Positions 52,299 to 64,000 of a stretch of DNA of 64,000 bases are shown piece after piece (within the stretch, counting starts at the first letter, position 1; every line of letters starts with the position of its first letter). The stretch comes from Octopus sinensis. Its lineage: Eukaryota. Below the pieces are notes generated by a model that did no database searches, was not told the origin of the DNA, and saw only the letters and a list, made by a program, of their open reading frames with translations. The stretch covers positions 17,670,001-17,734,000 of the forward strand of contig NC_043012.1 in assembly GCF_006345805.1 (NCBI RefSeq), read 5' to 3'. The position numbers and the translations under genes were made by a program.

Positions 52299-52439
52299 TC
52301 AGCTACAAAAAGCAAGTTAGTAACAATAACAACAACAGAAACAGCAGCAGTAACAAGGACAACGAAGACGACAATCAAAGTAGTGATGGTCACTCCATAG
52401 GCAGGCAATTTTTGCTACGATAAGGGTGAAATAATTTCG

Positions 52440-52626
52440 TTGCTTCTCACATTCCCTAAACGGCAATGAAGCATGTCTTGCAGCACAACTTGTAAAAGTG
52501 AATGAGAGAGGACCAAATTTTGCAAAATTTGCAGAATTTTGCAATGCCGCTGCATGCTTTGGCAACAGCTGTCCGGAGGAATTTTCTTATCGCTGTGTGT
52601 CGCAAACAAATCGATACCTAGAAGCC

Positions 52627-52674
<48 letters not shown>

Positions 52675-53400
52675 ACACACACACACACACACATACACAT
52701 ATGTGGAAAGAATCCTTAAAGAAATATGGATCTTTAACTGGGACAAGGTGCCAAAGCTCCATAGTTTCTCGTAAGTCTCTAGGAACTAACCTTTCATCCA
52801 AAATATTTAGCGAGATGGACGTCCTACCTCTACTTTATGTGTGGTAGATAGTGATTTATGTTGTCTTCAACGGCAGTGTCACCCACCCCGAAGTAAAGTG
52901 AAGAGAGTGGGTACTTTGGTTTGAGATCACAGTGGAGGTCCTCGTTCAGATCAAAGGCATGATGTAGAAATAATCCTCTAAGCGGACAGGATTTGCGTGT
53001 TGCAGTTGAGGGCAGACGGCAAACGTGTTATTTGCGTGTTACTGAAGATCACTGAAGTACTTCTGTCCTCAATTAAATACGTCGCAGAGGAGCCTCCTTC
53101 CACTGTCCATCCACCCACAGAACACTGTCCCAACAAAATCAGCGGCGTACATTAATAACATGACAGCAGCAGCAGTGATGAGAATAAGTGCAATTTCAAC
53201 AACACCAACATCAACAATGGTAGTAACAGAAGCTGCAATCGTAGCAGCAGAAACAGCGACAGCAGCACAAGGATCTGCAGCTGCAGTTATGACAATGGCG
53301 TCCATGCCAACATTAGTAGCAACAAGAGCAAAAACGACACTCACTGCAACAGACCCGAAGCCATCGATCAAACTCCCTCTGTCTTCCCTTGTCAAACACA
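52440..53400 (+). mobile_element. Possible decayed LINE ORF1 (gag-like)
   Basis: VAVEGRRQTCY...EDH* resembles a degenerate VEGR..C..C...GH knuckle, followed by a Thr/Ala-rich frame (53160-53408); interrupted by (CA)n. Confidence 0.4.
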
Positions 53401-54734
53401 AACCTTAATTACATCCTAACTCGAAAAGAAAGGTGAGTTATTGGAATTCAATGATAAACACATTGCCAACGACAAGTTGTCGAATGAAGCGATATTTTCT
53501 CAAAGGCTAAAACGGACGAGTAATACAGATGGAACTGGAGTCTTCTAAGAGCCCTGCAATACATTCGCATGTGACATTCTGATGAGCCCAGGTCACTAAA
53601 TATTGACGTGGGAATCACAAGGAAGACCAGAATTTTTGTGACACGCTCGACTACTCTGTTTTCCTGATTCGAGATGTAGGCCTTGTGAGAAGAATGGCAA
53701 TCGAATGGTGTAAAAGTGCTTGTTTGGAAATGTAGATAAATATACAAAATTAAGGAAGTTCTTCACAGATCCAGATGTTAGGCGATTCCACGAGAGAATT
53801 GCTAGAACTTTTAATCTGGTGGAATTGCTAGAACTTTGAATCTGGTGGCCGCTTACGATTGGACGATGGGGGGTAAAATACTCGCCAAATTGCCCAGACA
53901 GTTGCAAGTATGTGAAAACTATTCTCTGTATTTCTAGAATGCATTAAAATAACTTGATCAAACCTCAGTTCATACACAGATTATATATTAGTCGAAGGGA
54001 TAAGGAGGGTGTCTTACAAGATGTAAATAGTTTTAGGTTGGATGCATAGTGTACAAATTTGTGCTCTGTTCATTGAACATAACGAAGAATAAGGAAGACG
54101 GCCCCAAGGGAATGAATCTTCCTACGCAAAGAAATGTTCTAATCAACAGATTAGCAAATTAGTCAGGCATCAATTGACAGATGCAATTATTAATAATCTA
54201 TTGTTGATATCGTTAGTTACATCACCGTTTTACATACGGGTTATTGTCATTACTATATTGCACTTTACCAACTGGACAATATAAAGTGTGGCTTGATTAC
54301 GCAATTCGCAGAACTTTCAGGTAGAGGTTTAATGACAATTTTCAATTTCCTTTCGTCAGGCACAGTCTACAGGAATGGGTGGGTTGCTTCTTTGCAATAA
54401 ATTTTTCAGGCAAAGCCAATTTGATTGTGTTAGCAACCGAATCTTTTGATACTCAAGTGCAGAACAAATCCGTAGGTATAATTATACTTATCGGGAAGCT
54501 CCATAATCCAACTGGACTTCCTTCCCTGAAGGATATGACCAATGACTTTGTGTATTAGAAAAATTGAAGTCATGTTGAAGTTAAAGAAAAATCTGAGAAT
54601 TGAAAGAAGGTGAAGTCCTCCAATAAGTTTCAAGAGCGGTGGGGTAAGTGACCATATTACTGCAAGTAAATGAGCCTATTCTAAATATGCAATGGCAACT
54701 GCTCCTTGTATGATACATATTTGAAGAGAAAGCC

Positions 54735-54880
54735 AGTTACATCGACCCCCACTACATGAATCATGCTTATATTATCGACCCCGAATGGTTGAAGGACAAT
54801 TTGAACTCGGAACGCAAGGACGGAAGAAATACCTCTAAGTTAGACGACTGGTGCGCTAATGATTCTGCCACCTAACCACT
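54735..54880 (-). mobile_element. Deu/Nin-like SINE, diverged and deleted
   Basis: ATCGACCCCGAATGG...AATTTGAACTCGGAACG...GATTCTGCCA. Confidence 0.7.
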
Positions 54881-54881
54881 T

Positions 54882-54914
<33 letters not shown>

Positions 54915-54952
54915 AATATAATAATAATAATAATAATAATATAATAATAATA

Positions 54953-55003
<51 letters not shown>

Positions 55004-55212
55004 TTAATAACAATAATTATAATAACAACAATAATAATCCCTTCTATTGTATGTAACGTCCACATTTTTTACTATCGTAGTGATGTTCCCTCATCTATGC
55101 CCCTGTGGAAAATAAAAGATTACCACCCACATCATCCTCGTGAAATCCCTATCATCATCATCTTTATTATTAATATTAATATCATTATTATTATTATCAT
55201 TATCCTTTATTA

Positions 55213-55250
<38 letters not shown>

Positions 55251-55803
55251 GAGTGAGAGAGCAGTTCATGCCATCAAAGTGACACTGGGGTAAAATATAC
55301 GAAGCCCAATATACCCATCATGACTACCCGTCTGATAAAGGTACACCAGGCACATGCATCACAACCATATGTGCGCGACATGGTGATCTCATATCAAGAT
55401 AAACAGCACATGACCTTGCAGGTGGGGCCCAGTTAGAATTTTCTTCAGGTTGAGTAGCCCATCCCGCTCAAACGGTCCCTGAATAAGGGTTGTTTAAGGA
55501 TGTTGAAAGAACCACCCATGTTTCCAGAGGTGAACTATTCAAACCCCAAAGAATCCCTCTCAACACATGGCTATGATGCTCCCCCACTACTTCTGCTCGT
55601 GATCAGAGATGCAATATCGTCAGCCACTAAGGGACATGCTCAACTGGTTAAGGTCAAACAACTGACAAGCAAATCTGTGGTATTGAGCAGAATATTTGCT
55701 GTAGCCCATCTTTTATACCAAGACAAAACAATGTACATGATAACACTTCCAATCAGTTAAGATCAGAAGCCATGAGAGCCACTGCCTGGTACTTCATCAG
55801 GGC
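55251..55803 (+). mobile_element. ~554-bp element, copy 6
   Basis: (ATT)n-GAGTGAGAGAGCAG...GGTACTTCATCAGGGC-(ATT)n. Confidence 0.92.
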
Positions 55804-55839
55804 ATTATTATTATTATTATATTATTATTATTATTATTA

Positions 55840-55889
<50 letters not shown>

Positions 55890-55996
55890 TATTATTATCA
55901 TTATTATTATTATTATCATCATTATCATTATCATCTTCTTTATTATTATTATTATTATCATTATTATTATTATTATCATCATCATCATCATTATTA

Positions 55997-56036
<40 letters not shown>

Positions 56037-56176
56037 TATTATTATTATTATATTATTATTATTATTATTTTATTATCATTATTATTATTATTATCATCAT
56101 TATCATTATCATCTTCTTTATTATTATTATTATTATTATCATTATTATTATTATATCATCATCATCATCATTATTA

Positions 56177-56231
<55 letters not shown>

Positions 56232-56503
56232 TATTATTATTATTATTATTATCATTATTATTATTATTATTATTATTACTATTATTATTATTATTATTAT
56301 CATTATTATTATTATTATTATCATCATTATCATCATTATTACTATTATTATTATTATTATTTTTATTACTATTATTATTATTATTATTACTATTATTATT
56401 TATTATATTATTATTATTATTATTATTATCATTATTATTATTATTATCATTATTATCATCATTATTATTATAATTATTATTATTATTATTATTATTATTA
56501 TCA

Positions 56504-56586
<83 letters not shown>
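55804..56586. repeat. ~780-bp imperfect (ATT/ATC)n tract
   Basis: Direct inspection. Confidence 0.97.
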
Positions 56587-56588
<2 letters not shown>

Positions 56589-56939
56589 ATCATCATCATA
56601 GACACACCAGCCTCTAGCAGAACAGAATATAATTACTCTCCGTCTCCACTACAGTATTTTTCCGTGTGATTCCTACAGTAGAAAAAAAAACAAATCTACC
56701 TCATAGCTGTAGCAGTAACAACAGCAGCGGTAGCAGCAGGAGCAGAATCAGCAGCAACAACAACAACAACAATAGTGGTGTTGGTAACGTTAGTTTAAGT
56801 AATAGAACTGGAGCCGTTCATCTTGAAACGATATTTAGAACCAGCAGTGTTTCAGATGTTTCTGTTACGACATATGTTTATGAAGGCTGCCGCCGTAGTT
56901 GCTAGCATCAATACTTCCTAGAACCTGCTGCTGCTGCTG

Positions 56940-57015
56940 CTGATTATGATAATGATGATGATGATGGTGATGATGATGATGATGGTGACGACGACAACAA
57001 CGATAATGATGGTGG

Positions 57016-57053
<38 letters not shown>

Positions 57054-57207
57054 GTGACGACAACAACAATAATGATGGTGGAGATGATGATGATGATGAT
57101 GATAATGATGATGATGGTGATGATGATGGTGACGACGACAACGATAATGACGGTGGGGATGATGATGATGATGATGACGACGACGACGACAACGATAATG
57201 ATGGTGG

Positions 57208-57241
<34 letters not shown>

Positions 57242-58180
57242 GATGATGATGATGATGATGGTGATGATCATGATGATGGTGATGCTAATGATGGTGATGA
57301 TGATGTTGAAGATAGTGCTGATGATGTTCATCTTCTTGAGGAAAATAATAATGATAACAATGAGGACGATGATGATGATGATGATAATGATGACGGTGAT
57401 GACGATGACGTCGATGATAATAATGAGGATGCTGCTTCTGCTGTTGCACGTGATGACGACGACAATGATGTTGATGATGATGTTGATGGTGGTGATGGTA
57501 CTGCTGCTGCTGATGATGATGAGGCGGAGGAGGAGAGGAGGACGATGATAATGAGGACGATGATAATGAGGACGATGATAATGAGGACGATGAAGAAAAT
57601 GAAAAAAATGAGGACTGTGACGATTATGATGGTGATGATGAAGAGGTAGGTGAGGCGGGGATGAGGATGCAGTTGACGAAAAGAATGATGACTACAAGGA
57701 AACTATGACGGGATTGATGGCGATTTTGGTGTTGGCGGGGGCAACCAAGAAAGTAGCGATTAAATCTGTTGACGAGAACGAGAATCATCACATTTGTCGT
57801 CATCAAAGCCGTCTTCATCTTCATGGTCATCGTCATTATCATGATGAGGGCATGATCATCATCACTTTCATTAAGAGCGTCATCATTGCTTCGATCATCA
57901 TCATCAACAGCAGCACCACCACCACCACCAACAACACCGTTACTACTTCCACGTCTGCATCATTATCATCATCATCGTCGTCATCGCCGTCGTCGTCATA
58001 GTCTTCCGTGGTCGTCGTCATCATCATCATCATCATCATCATTTTGAGCGTCATAATTCTTATCCTCATCCTCATCTTCATCATAGTCATCAACATCACC
58101 GTCACCCTCATCAGCATCGTCGTCGTCATCACCATCGTCATCATCATCATCATCATCATCATTATCATCCTCATTATCCA
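56940..58180. repeat. (GAT/GGT/GAC)n tract followed by (ATC)n tract, with higher-order units
   Basis: Direct inspection; source of the poly-Met, poly-Asp and poly-Ile ORFs. Confidence 0.95.
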
Positions 58181-58194
58181 ACGCGAGAAATATT

Positions 58195-58345
58195 GATTTG
58201 AAATTTTGGTACAAGTCCAGCAATATCTGGATAGGGGATAAGTCGATGGCATCGGCCCCAGCTCTCAACTGGAACTTATTTCATCGAATTCCAAGGTATG
58301 AAAGGCAAAATCGGCCTCGGCGAAAATTTCAAGTCGAAATTTCCA
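58195..58345 (-). mobile_element. Deu/Nin-like SINE 3' part
   Basis: ACTTATTTCATCGAATTCCAAGGTATGAAAGGCAAAATCGGCCTCGGCG is the reverse complement of the core. Confidence 0.7.
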
Positions 58346-59392
58346 AGATTTTAACATGGATGGTCGGCCTGTTACAAACACCCACCATATACTTTTGAAA
58401 TTCAACACCAACACCATCACCATCACCTACAACCAATTGCTCTATCGTTATTGCTGATATCATAATGCTGTTGCCGTTGTTCTTCTTGGTATTGTTGTAC
58501 TTTTGTGAATGGTAGATATTATTTCAGTTCCTGCTTCAGATCATGTTGATCTAGAAAATCTGTAACTGTATAATTAAAGATAAATCCTATAATAACCATC
58601 TAACCTGTTTGTAAGTCATTATAGATTAATGTGGTAGCATCTGTACAGTCACTCAAGCTACTAGAAATAGCTGCTGAATGGTAATGCTGGGAAAGCGTAC
58701 TCTCTTGTTGGTCGTATCACTCTTTAAATCTTGAAGGATTTTTCGTTTTACCCTTGGCGTATCCCATAAAGATTCCACGATAACTTGAGTCTGATAACCT
58801 TTCGTTATCATATTTCTCTAGAAATGCATGTCATTTGTTCAATAATTTTGGAAATAATACAGAATTTATCCAGTAACTGCCGCCATTACGCTGATATTTT
58901 CGGAAAGTAACTTAACATAGAATTTCGATGAAAGTCTTAATTTAGAAGCATTACGTTTTTATCATTGAACGATGGTCGGCCTCTGGTGGACCAGAGAAAC
59001 ATAAAGTTTCTTGCCTGTGGATATATTCACTGTTACCCACTCTCTTGAATCAGTCTCACTAAATAATGATTACGAGCCGAAATGCCTAGCTACTTGCAAA
59101 ATCAGAAACAACAGCCAGAAGTTTCAATTTAAGAACATTCTAACGCCCTTTTGGTACTGAGAAGTTAGGCTTGATTTGCGCCGATAAAATGAATTAAAAT
59201 TGGTATCAACGCATCTCAGTACTAGGTCTTTCTTCGTGAGTCACGTTCAGTAAATGCTATGAGGCCGTTAAACAAGCACGAAGCAAATTTCAAGGCATGA
59301 TAGCCAATGACCACAACACAGCAGGTAATAAGTTAACAGTTACCCTCTACCATGAATATTTATATACAGATGTTAATAGAGATGTATAGGTG

Positions 59393-59437
<45 letters not shown>

Positions 59438-59478
59438 GTATCTATCTATCTAACTATATATCAATCAGTCTATCTATC

Positions 59479-59510
<32 letters not shown>

Positions 59511-59847
59511 CCTCACCTGTCCTCCCCTTTACACTTCATATTGACATTTCTGTGATAACGATCCCTATGATCATATTTTTTCCACTCCCCCCCCCCTTTT
59601 TTTTTTTTTTAACCCCCTTATTTTGTCCTCTTTCTCTCCTTTACGATCCCTTTTGATCGAACCTCCCCCTTCCTTTTTCTTTTTTTTTTTTTTAATACCT
59701 TCAAAAGAAAAGCTCTACCTGTAATTGTTCTATCTGTGTGCAGCCCTGTGTGGCTAATAAAGAAACATATCTATCTAACTATCTATCAATCAATCTATCT
59801 ATCTATCTATCTATCAACTTATCTACCTATGTATGTATGTAGGTAGG

Positions 59848-59917
<70 letters not shown>

Positions 59918-61469
59918 CACACGCAAATATCTAAAGGTCTTTGATTTGGCTGAGTTCATCTTCCCTTTGACAGCTTTTGATTTTCATCCTGTTGTATATT
60001 TCTAAATCCATCTGTTCCCCGAGCAAACATGATGGGGTTGCTAGTTTAATCACCGACGACCCGATTATGCAATACGCTATATTGGGTTACATGTTAACTG
60101 TGGCGCTCCCGATTGACGAAACACAGACATTCATACAACGTCACTTACTTTCACTCTTGCATCCATACAATGCATGAAACACACACATATTTATCCGTTC
60201 GTCCATCTCTCAATCAATCTATTTATAACAATCCAGGAGCCTGTTACTTTGCATATCTACTTCTCTAATATTCTCTATGCCTGTCATTCATAACTACGTA
60301 CAGCTATGCAAAATATACTTTCAACCGCCATTTCGTTACCTTCCTTTATATTGCTACCTATCTATGTACATATCTCTCGATTATATAAGTATTGTAATGT
60401 GGAATATGTTGGTACAAAGACAGCAAGGGCTGTAAAGGTCAATATGAGAATGAGAATAAAATTGTAAAGACAAAATAAAATGGAAGCAGATAAGGATGAG
60501 AGTTACAAAATACAAATGTGAAAAGATTAAACTAATATTAAGATTAAGTCTATAATATAGAAATAAAATTGGAAATAACATGGAAACATGAAATATAAAT
60601 ACCACAAGTTATACAGAAATAGGAAAAAAATAGAGAAACATATACGACAGAGAAAATATGATTGTGTGTGTGTGAGTCTGTATGTTTATGTGTGTGTAAA
60701 TATTTTATGAACGCTTAAACGGAAGCCTCTGCAGCCATGATTGCAATTCTCTTTCTCCTTCACCTTCTCCCTATTATTCTCTCACACTTGCACATACATA
60801 CACACACACTTACACACACAGACATACAAATACACACACATAAATACACAAAGCCACACACTTATACATAGTATATACTGAATGTTCTGGTTAAATTTGA
60901 CGATTTTTTAATGTCCCCTAATTTCTTATCATAGTAGCTTAATTACTGATGTCTAGTCAACGGCGTTGGAGAGTATAAAGAGGGTGATTGTACTTTCGTA
61001 AAATTTAGCCAACATGAATGACTATAAAACCATCTGAATATTGGAAAAGAATTACTTGTATCGTGATGATTCGTGCCGGGTGTCAATAAGCCGATATGTC
61101 TGCTGCTCGATATTCTGGGAACATTGTAAGGGCGGTAAAACGTAACAGGGATAGCTACAACTGAGATTGTGAAGCTGTGACCATCGGGAACAAGCACAGT
61201 AATTCCCAGGACAAGATTCATCTCCACATCTTTGAGCCAGGGCTCAATCGAAACTGATTTGTGAAACTGTTGCAGACTCATCAATCTCTGGCTGGAGATG
61301 GTAGTTGCTAGAAGACCAAATGTGTGGGAGTACGATTCAGCTCCTTGGCAGACATCCAGATAGAGTGAAGAATTGATGTCGAAAAAATTTCTACCACCCA
61401 ATTACCATTCTTATTGACTGTTATGAGTGGGACACGGTCGAGAAACAACCTAAGCTCTCAGCCTGCAAT

Positions 61470-61668
61470 ATCAAGGGCAAGAGAGTGACCAAATCAGACG
61501 AAATGCTGTTAAGTATTCCGTTCTGAAATCAAATTTCGCCGAGGTACACTTTGCATTTCATCCTTTCAGGGTCGACAAATTAAGTACCAGTTGCGTACTG
61601 GGGTCAATCTAACCGACTGGACACCTCCCCCAAAATTTCGGGCCTTGTGCCTAGAATAGAAAAAAAAA
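61470..61668 (+). mobile_element. Deu/Nin-like SINE (short tail)
   Basis: Intact core; tail CCCCAAAATTTCGGGCCTTGTGCCTAGAATAGAAAA. Confidence 0.85.
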
Positions 61669-61811
61669 TTATTGATTTTGTAAAATACTCTTATTGCTGG
61701 GTGAGATATTGTGGTTTTGTTTTCTTTTAAGCTGACTGTCAAATATAGCCTGAACACCATCTATGTAAGTATGTATGTATGTATGAATGTAAGTGTGTGT
61801 ATGCATATATA

Positions 61812-61861
<50 letters not shown>

Positions 61862-62072
61862 GAATCATGATATAAGGTTAACTGCCATTCCTTTCGAAAT
61901 TTTGTAGATGTGAAATACAATTCTTATTCACTTAGTTTTTTTCCACCATACCTGTAAAAATTTAATGAAACTTCTTGTGGCTTCGGAGTTTTTATGACTA
62001 TGGTTTTTAACAAAGCTGGTTATCCTCTTCAGTACCCTAATTATATATTACTTCTATATATTTACTAATATA

Positions 62073-62304
62073 AGGCGGCGAGCTGGTAGAAACGTTAGCA
62101 CGCCGGGCGAGATTCGTAGCCGTATTTCGTCTGTCGTTACGTTCCGAGTTCAAATTCCGCCGAGGTCGACTTTGCCTTTCATCCTTTCGGGGTCGATAAA
62201 TTAAGTACCAGTTACGCACTGGGGTCGATGTAGTCGACTTAATCCCTTTGTCTGTCCTTGTTTGTCCCCTCTGTGTTTAGCCCCTTGTGGGTAGTAAAGA
62301 AATA
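62073..62304 (+). mobile_element. Full-length young Deu/Nin-like SINE (long tail) with 17-bp TSD
   Basis: TATATATTTACTAATAT at 62055-62071 and 62305-62321. Confidence 0.93.
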
Positions 62305-62380
62305 TATATATTTACTAATATGCCTCTACGGTTTTTTATGCTGGCGGACACTGATATCATAATTTATTATTAATAATGTT

Positions 62381-62433
<53 letters not shown>

Positions 62434-62451
62434 TAGATAGATAGATAGATA

Positions 62452-62580
62452 CGAAAGATGGTTTGAAAATGCAATTTTAAAATATGTTTATTTACTTTAA
62501 TAAACATCTTTTAACATAGCATTTTCAAACCTTCTTTCGTATATAATTCCACTCGTGCGTTACCCTACAACTCCACTTAG
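62452..62580. repeat. Long hairpin repeat, copy 2, with right flank
   Basis: Same arms as 3977-4067. The flank AATTCCACTCGTGCG..CAACTC is the reverse complement of 3946-3975. Confidence 0.85.
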
Positions 62581-62615
62581 TTATATATATACATACATAC
62601 ATACATATATATATT

Positions 62616-62703
<88 letters not shown>

Positions 62704-62789
62704 GTTTGTGTGTGTTTGTGAAGACACCCACCCTTGATCCACGCATACATTTTTCATACGAAACGCGCATGTACATTGTTAATATCAAG

Positions 62790-63130
62790 CTGTAGAATTC
62801 AGTAGGAAATGTCTTTCACAAGAGGTTTCTTGTTCTCTCGTTCTAGATGTTCTAAGGATCGACTCGGCCAAACGTCTGCATTATGCCAACTTAGTAGTAT
62901 GCGCCTGGAAAAATGCATCTTTATTCATGCCAATAGCCAGACCACGCATTGATTTTCATTCAGGGATTGCAATCTCTCCTTAGCCAGTCTATCCTGTATG
63001 CTTTGCATTCAGCTTCATGTTGGTAGCGCAAGGCTTGGAATTTTCCAGCATTACATTTCATGTAATTTTCCTCAGCCAACACGTATAGTGCATCCAACTC
63101 CTGTTGCGGATGAGTAACATCTCCAGTGTT
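62790..63130 (-). mobile_element. CR1/L2-group LINE RT C-terminal remnant
   Basis: QQELDALYVLAEENYMKCNAGKFQALRY; SMRGLAIGMNKDAFFQAH; CRRLAESILRTSRTR (cf. LQ.DL..IY.WA..N.M.FN..KF; VRDLGI; GWILRTF.TR). Confidence 0.75.
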
Positions 63131-63244
63131 CTATATATATATAATTCAAATTTGCAGAAAGCGAATGACGGAGGTATGTGTAGGAACAATAAGCAGGTGT
63201 ATCAGTTGAACGTTCGGGAAGAATGGAAAAGTCATATATACAGT

Positions 63245-63275
<31 letters not shown>

Positions 63276-63310
63276 GAAGAGGGAGGGAGAGAATTTGTCA
63301 GATCGGAAGA

Positions 63311-64000
63311 TACGAAGTGTGTTAATTAAAGAATTCCTCAGATCCAGTTCCCAAGGACTGGAATAAACGAAAGTTGACATAATTATTAGTCCTTCCCTAC
63401 ATAGCCACCACCAATGGTGACACTCTTCTGCAATCGCTTTATGCAGCTGGGAGAACCTCGTCTGTAGATGTCGGTAGGTTGTATGTGGAGCCAATGTTTT
63501 ATCTCGAAAATAAGTTTATCATCATCCGAAAAGTTCTTCCCCTTCAAAAAAAAAAGACTTCATGGCTGGAAAGAGTTGGAAGTCAGATGGTGAGAGGTCG
63601 AGGAGTTAGGGGGATGAGGAAAGATTTCATGGCCACAGGAGTGTGCTTTCATTTGAGCAACATAATACGCATTGTGAACTGGGGAAGACACTTTTGGTCA
63701 GCATGTCACGCCTCTCTTCTTTCATAGCGTCTCGCAATTTAAACAGCAGCGATGCGTAATGTGCCTCGTTAATTGTGGTACCGTTTCCAAGAATATCCAT
63801 CATCACTATTCCACTCTGGTCCCAAAAGACTGTGAACATTACCTAGCCTGCTGAGGTTGGAAACGGTCCGTTTTTAGAGGTAGCGACTTATCATACTTTC
63901 ATTGCTTCTCAGGATCGTATTGATGGACCCATGTTTCGTCCATGTGATAAGTCTGCCAAAAAATCCTCCTCGTTTTCTTTACATATTGCCAAAAGTGCCT
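63311..64000 (-). mobile_element. Mariner (DD34D-type) transposon remnant running off the window end
   Basis: RLIT.DETWVHQYDPE; VFWDQSGIVMMDILGNGTTINEAHYASLL.KLRDAMKEERR; DLSPSDFQLFP; YRRG....GGYV; TIR-like end TACGAAGTGTGTTAATTAA at 63311. Confidence 0.9.

Noticed and set aside
52560-52630. DIRS-like IDLFAT motif on the minus strand
   Set aside because: Isolated short match; the plus strand fits an ORF1-like relic better and no tyrosine recombinase or RT motifs are nearby.
53797-53848. ~26-bp tandem duplication
   Set aside because: Simple local duplication inside decayed repeat sequence, with no further structure.

Overview
AT-rich, microsatellite-dense eukaryotic DNA with no host protein-coding exon that I can recognise. 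Nearly all long ORFs in the track are read-throughs of simple repeats. The repeat families (tRNA-derived SINEs with Deu/Nin-like and CORE-like cores, as I recall them) suggest an octopus/coleoid cephalopod intergenic or intronic region; this is inference. Recognisable content is transposon debris: CR1/L2-group LINE RT fragments, an RTE 3' end, two R4/Dong-clade remnants (RT and RLE domains), a Penelope-like RT remnant with pLTR-type fragments, mariner transposase relics, a ~513-bp non-autonomous Helitron, about 25 SINE copies, foldback elements and a tRNA-His pseudogene. Three observations stand out. (1) A ~554-bp non-coding element is present six times, mostly embedded in (TAA)n tracts; one junction carries 13 tandem re-copies of the element's own terminal 19 nt in an ordered B-A2-B-A3-B-A4-B pattern. 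(2) A complete type I hammerhead ribozyme with a canonical core lies at 37697-37777, and several minimal or variant hammerheads sit in Penelope-like inverted/tandem repeats. (3) One SINE breakpoint (GGTA^TTTC) recurs three times, producing a head-to-tail trimer and a nested insertion. All alignments and translations were done by eye, and family assignments rest on recalled motif consensus, not database searches.
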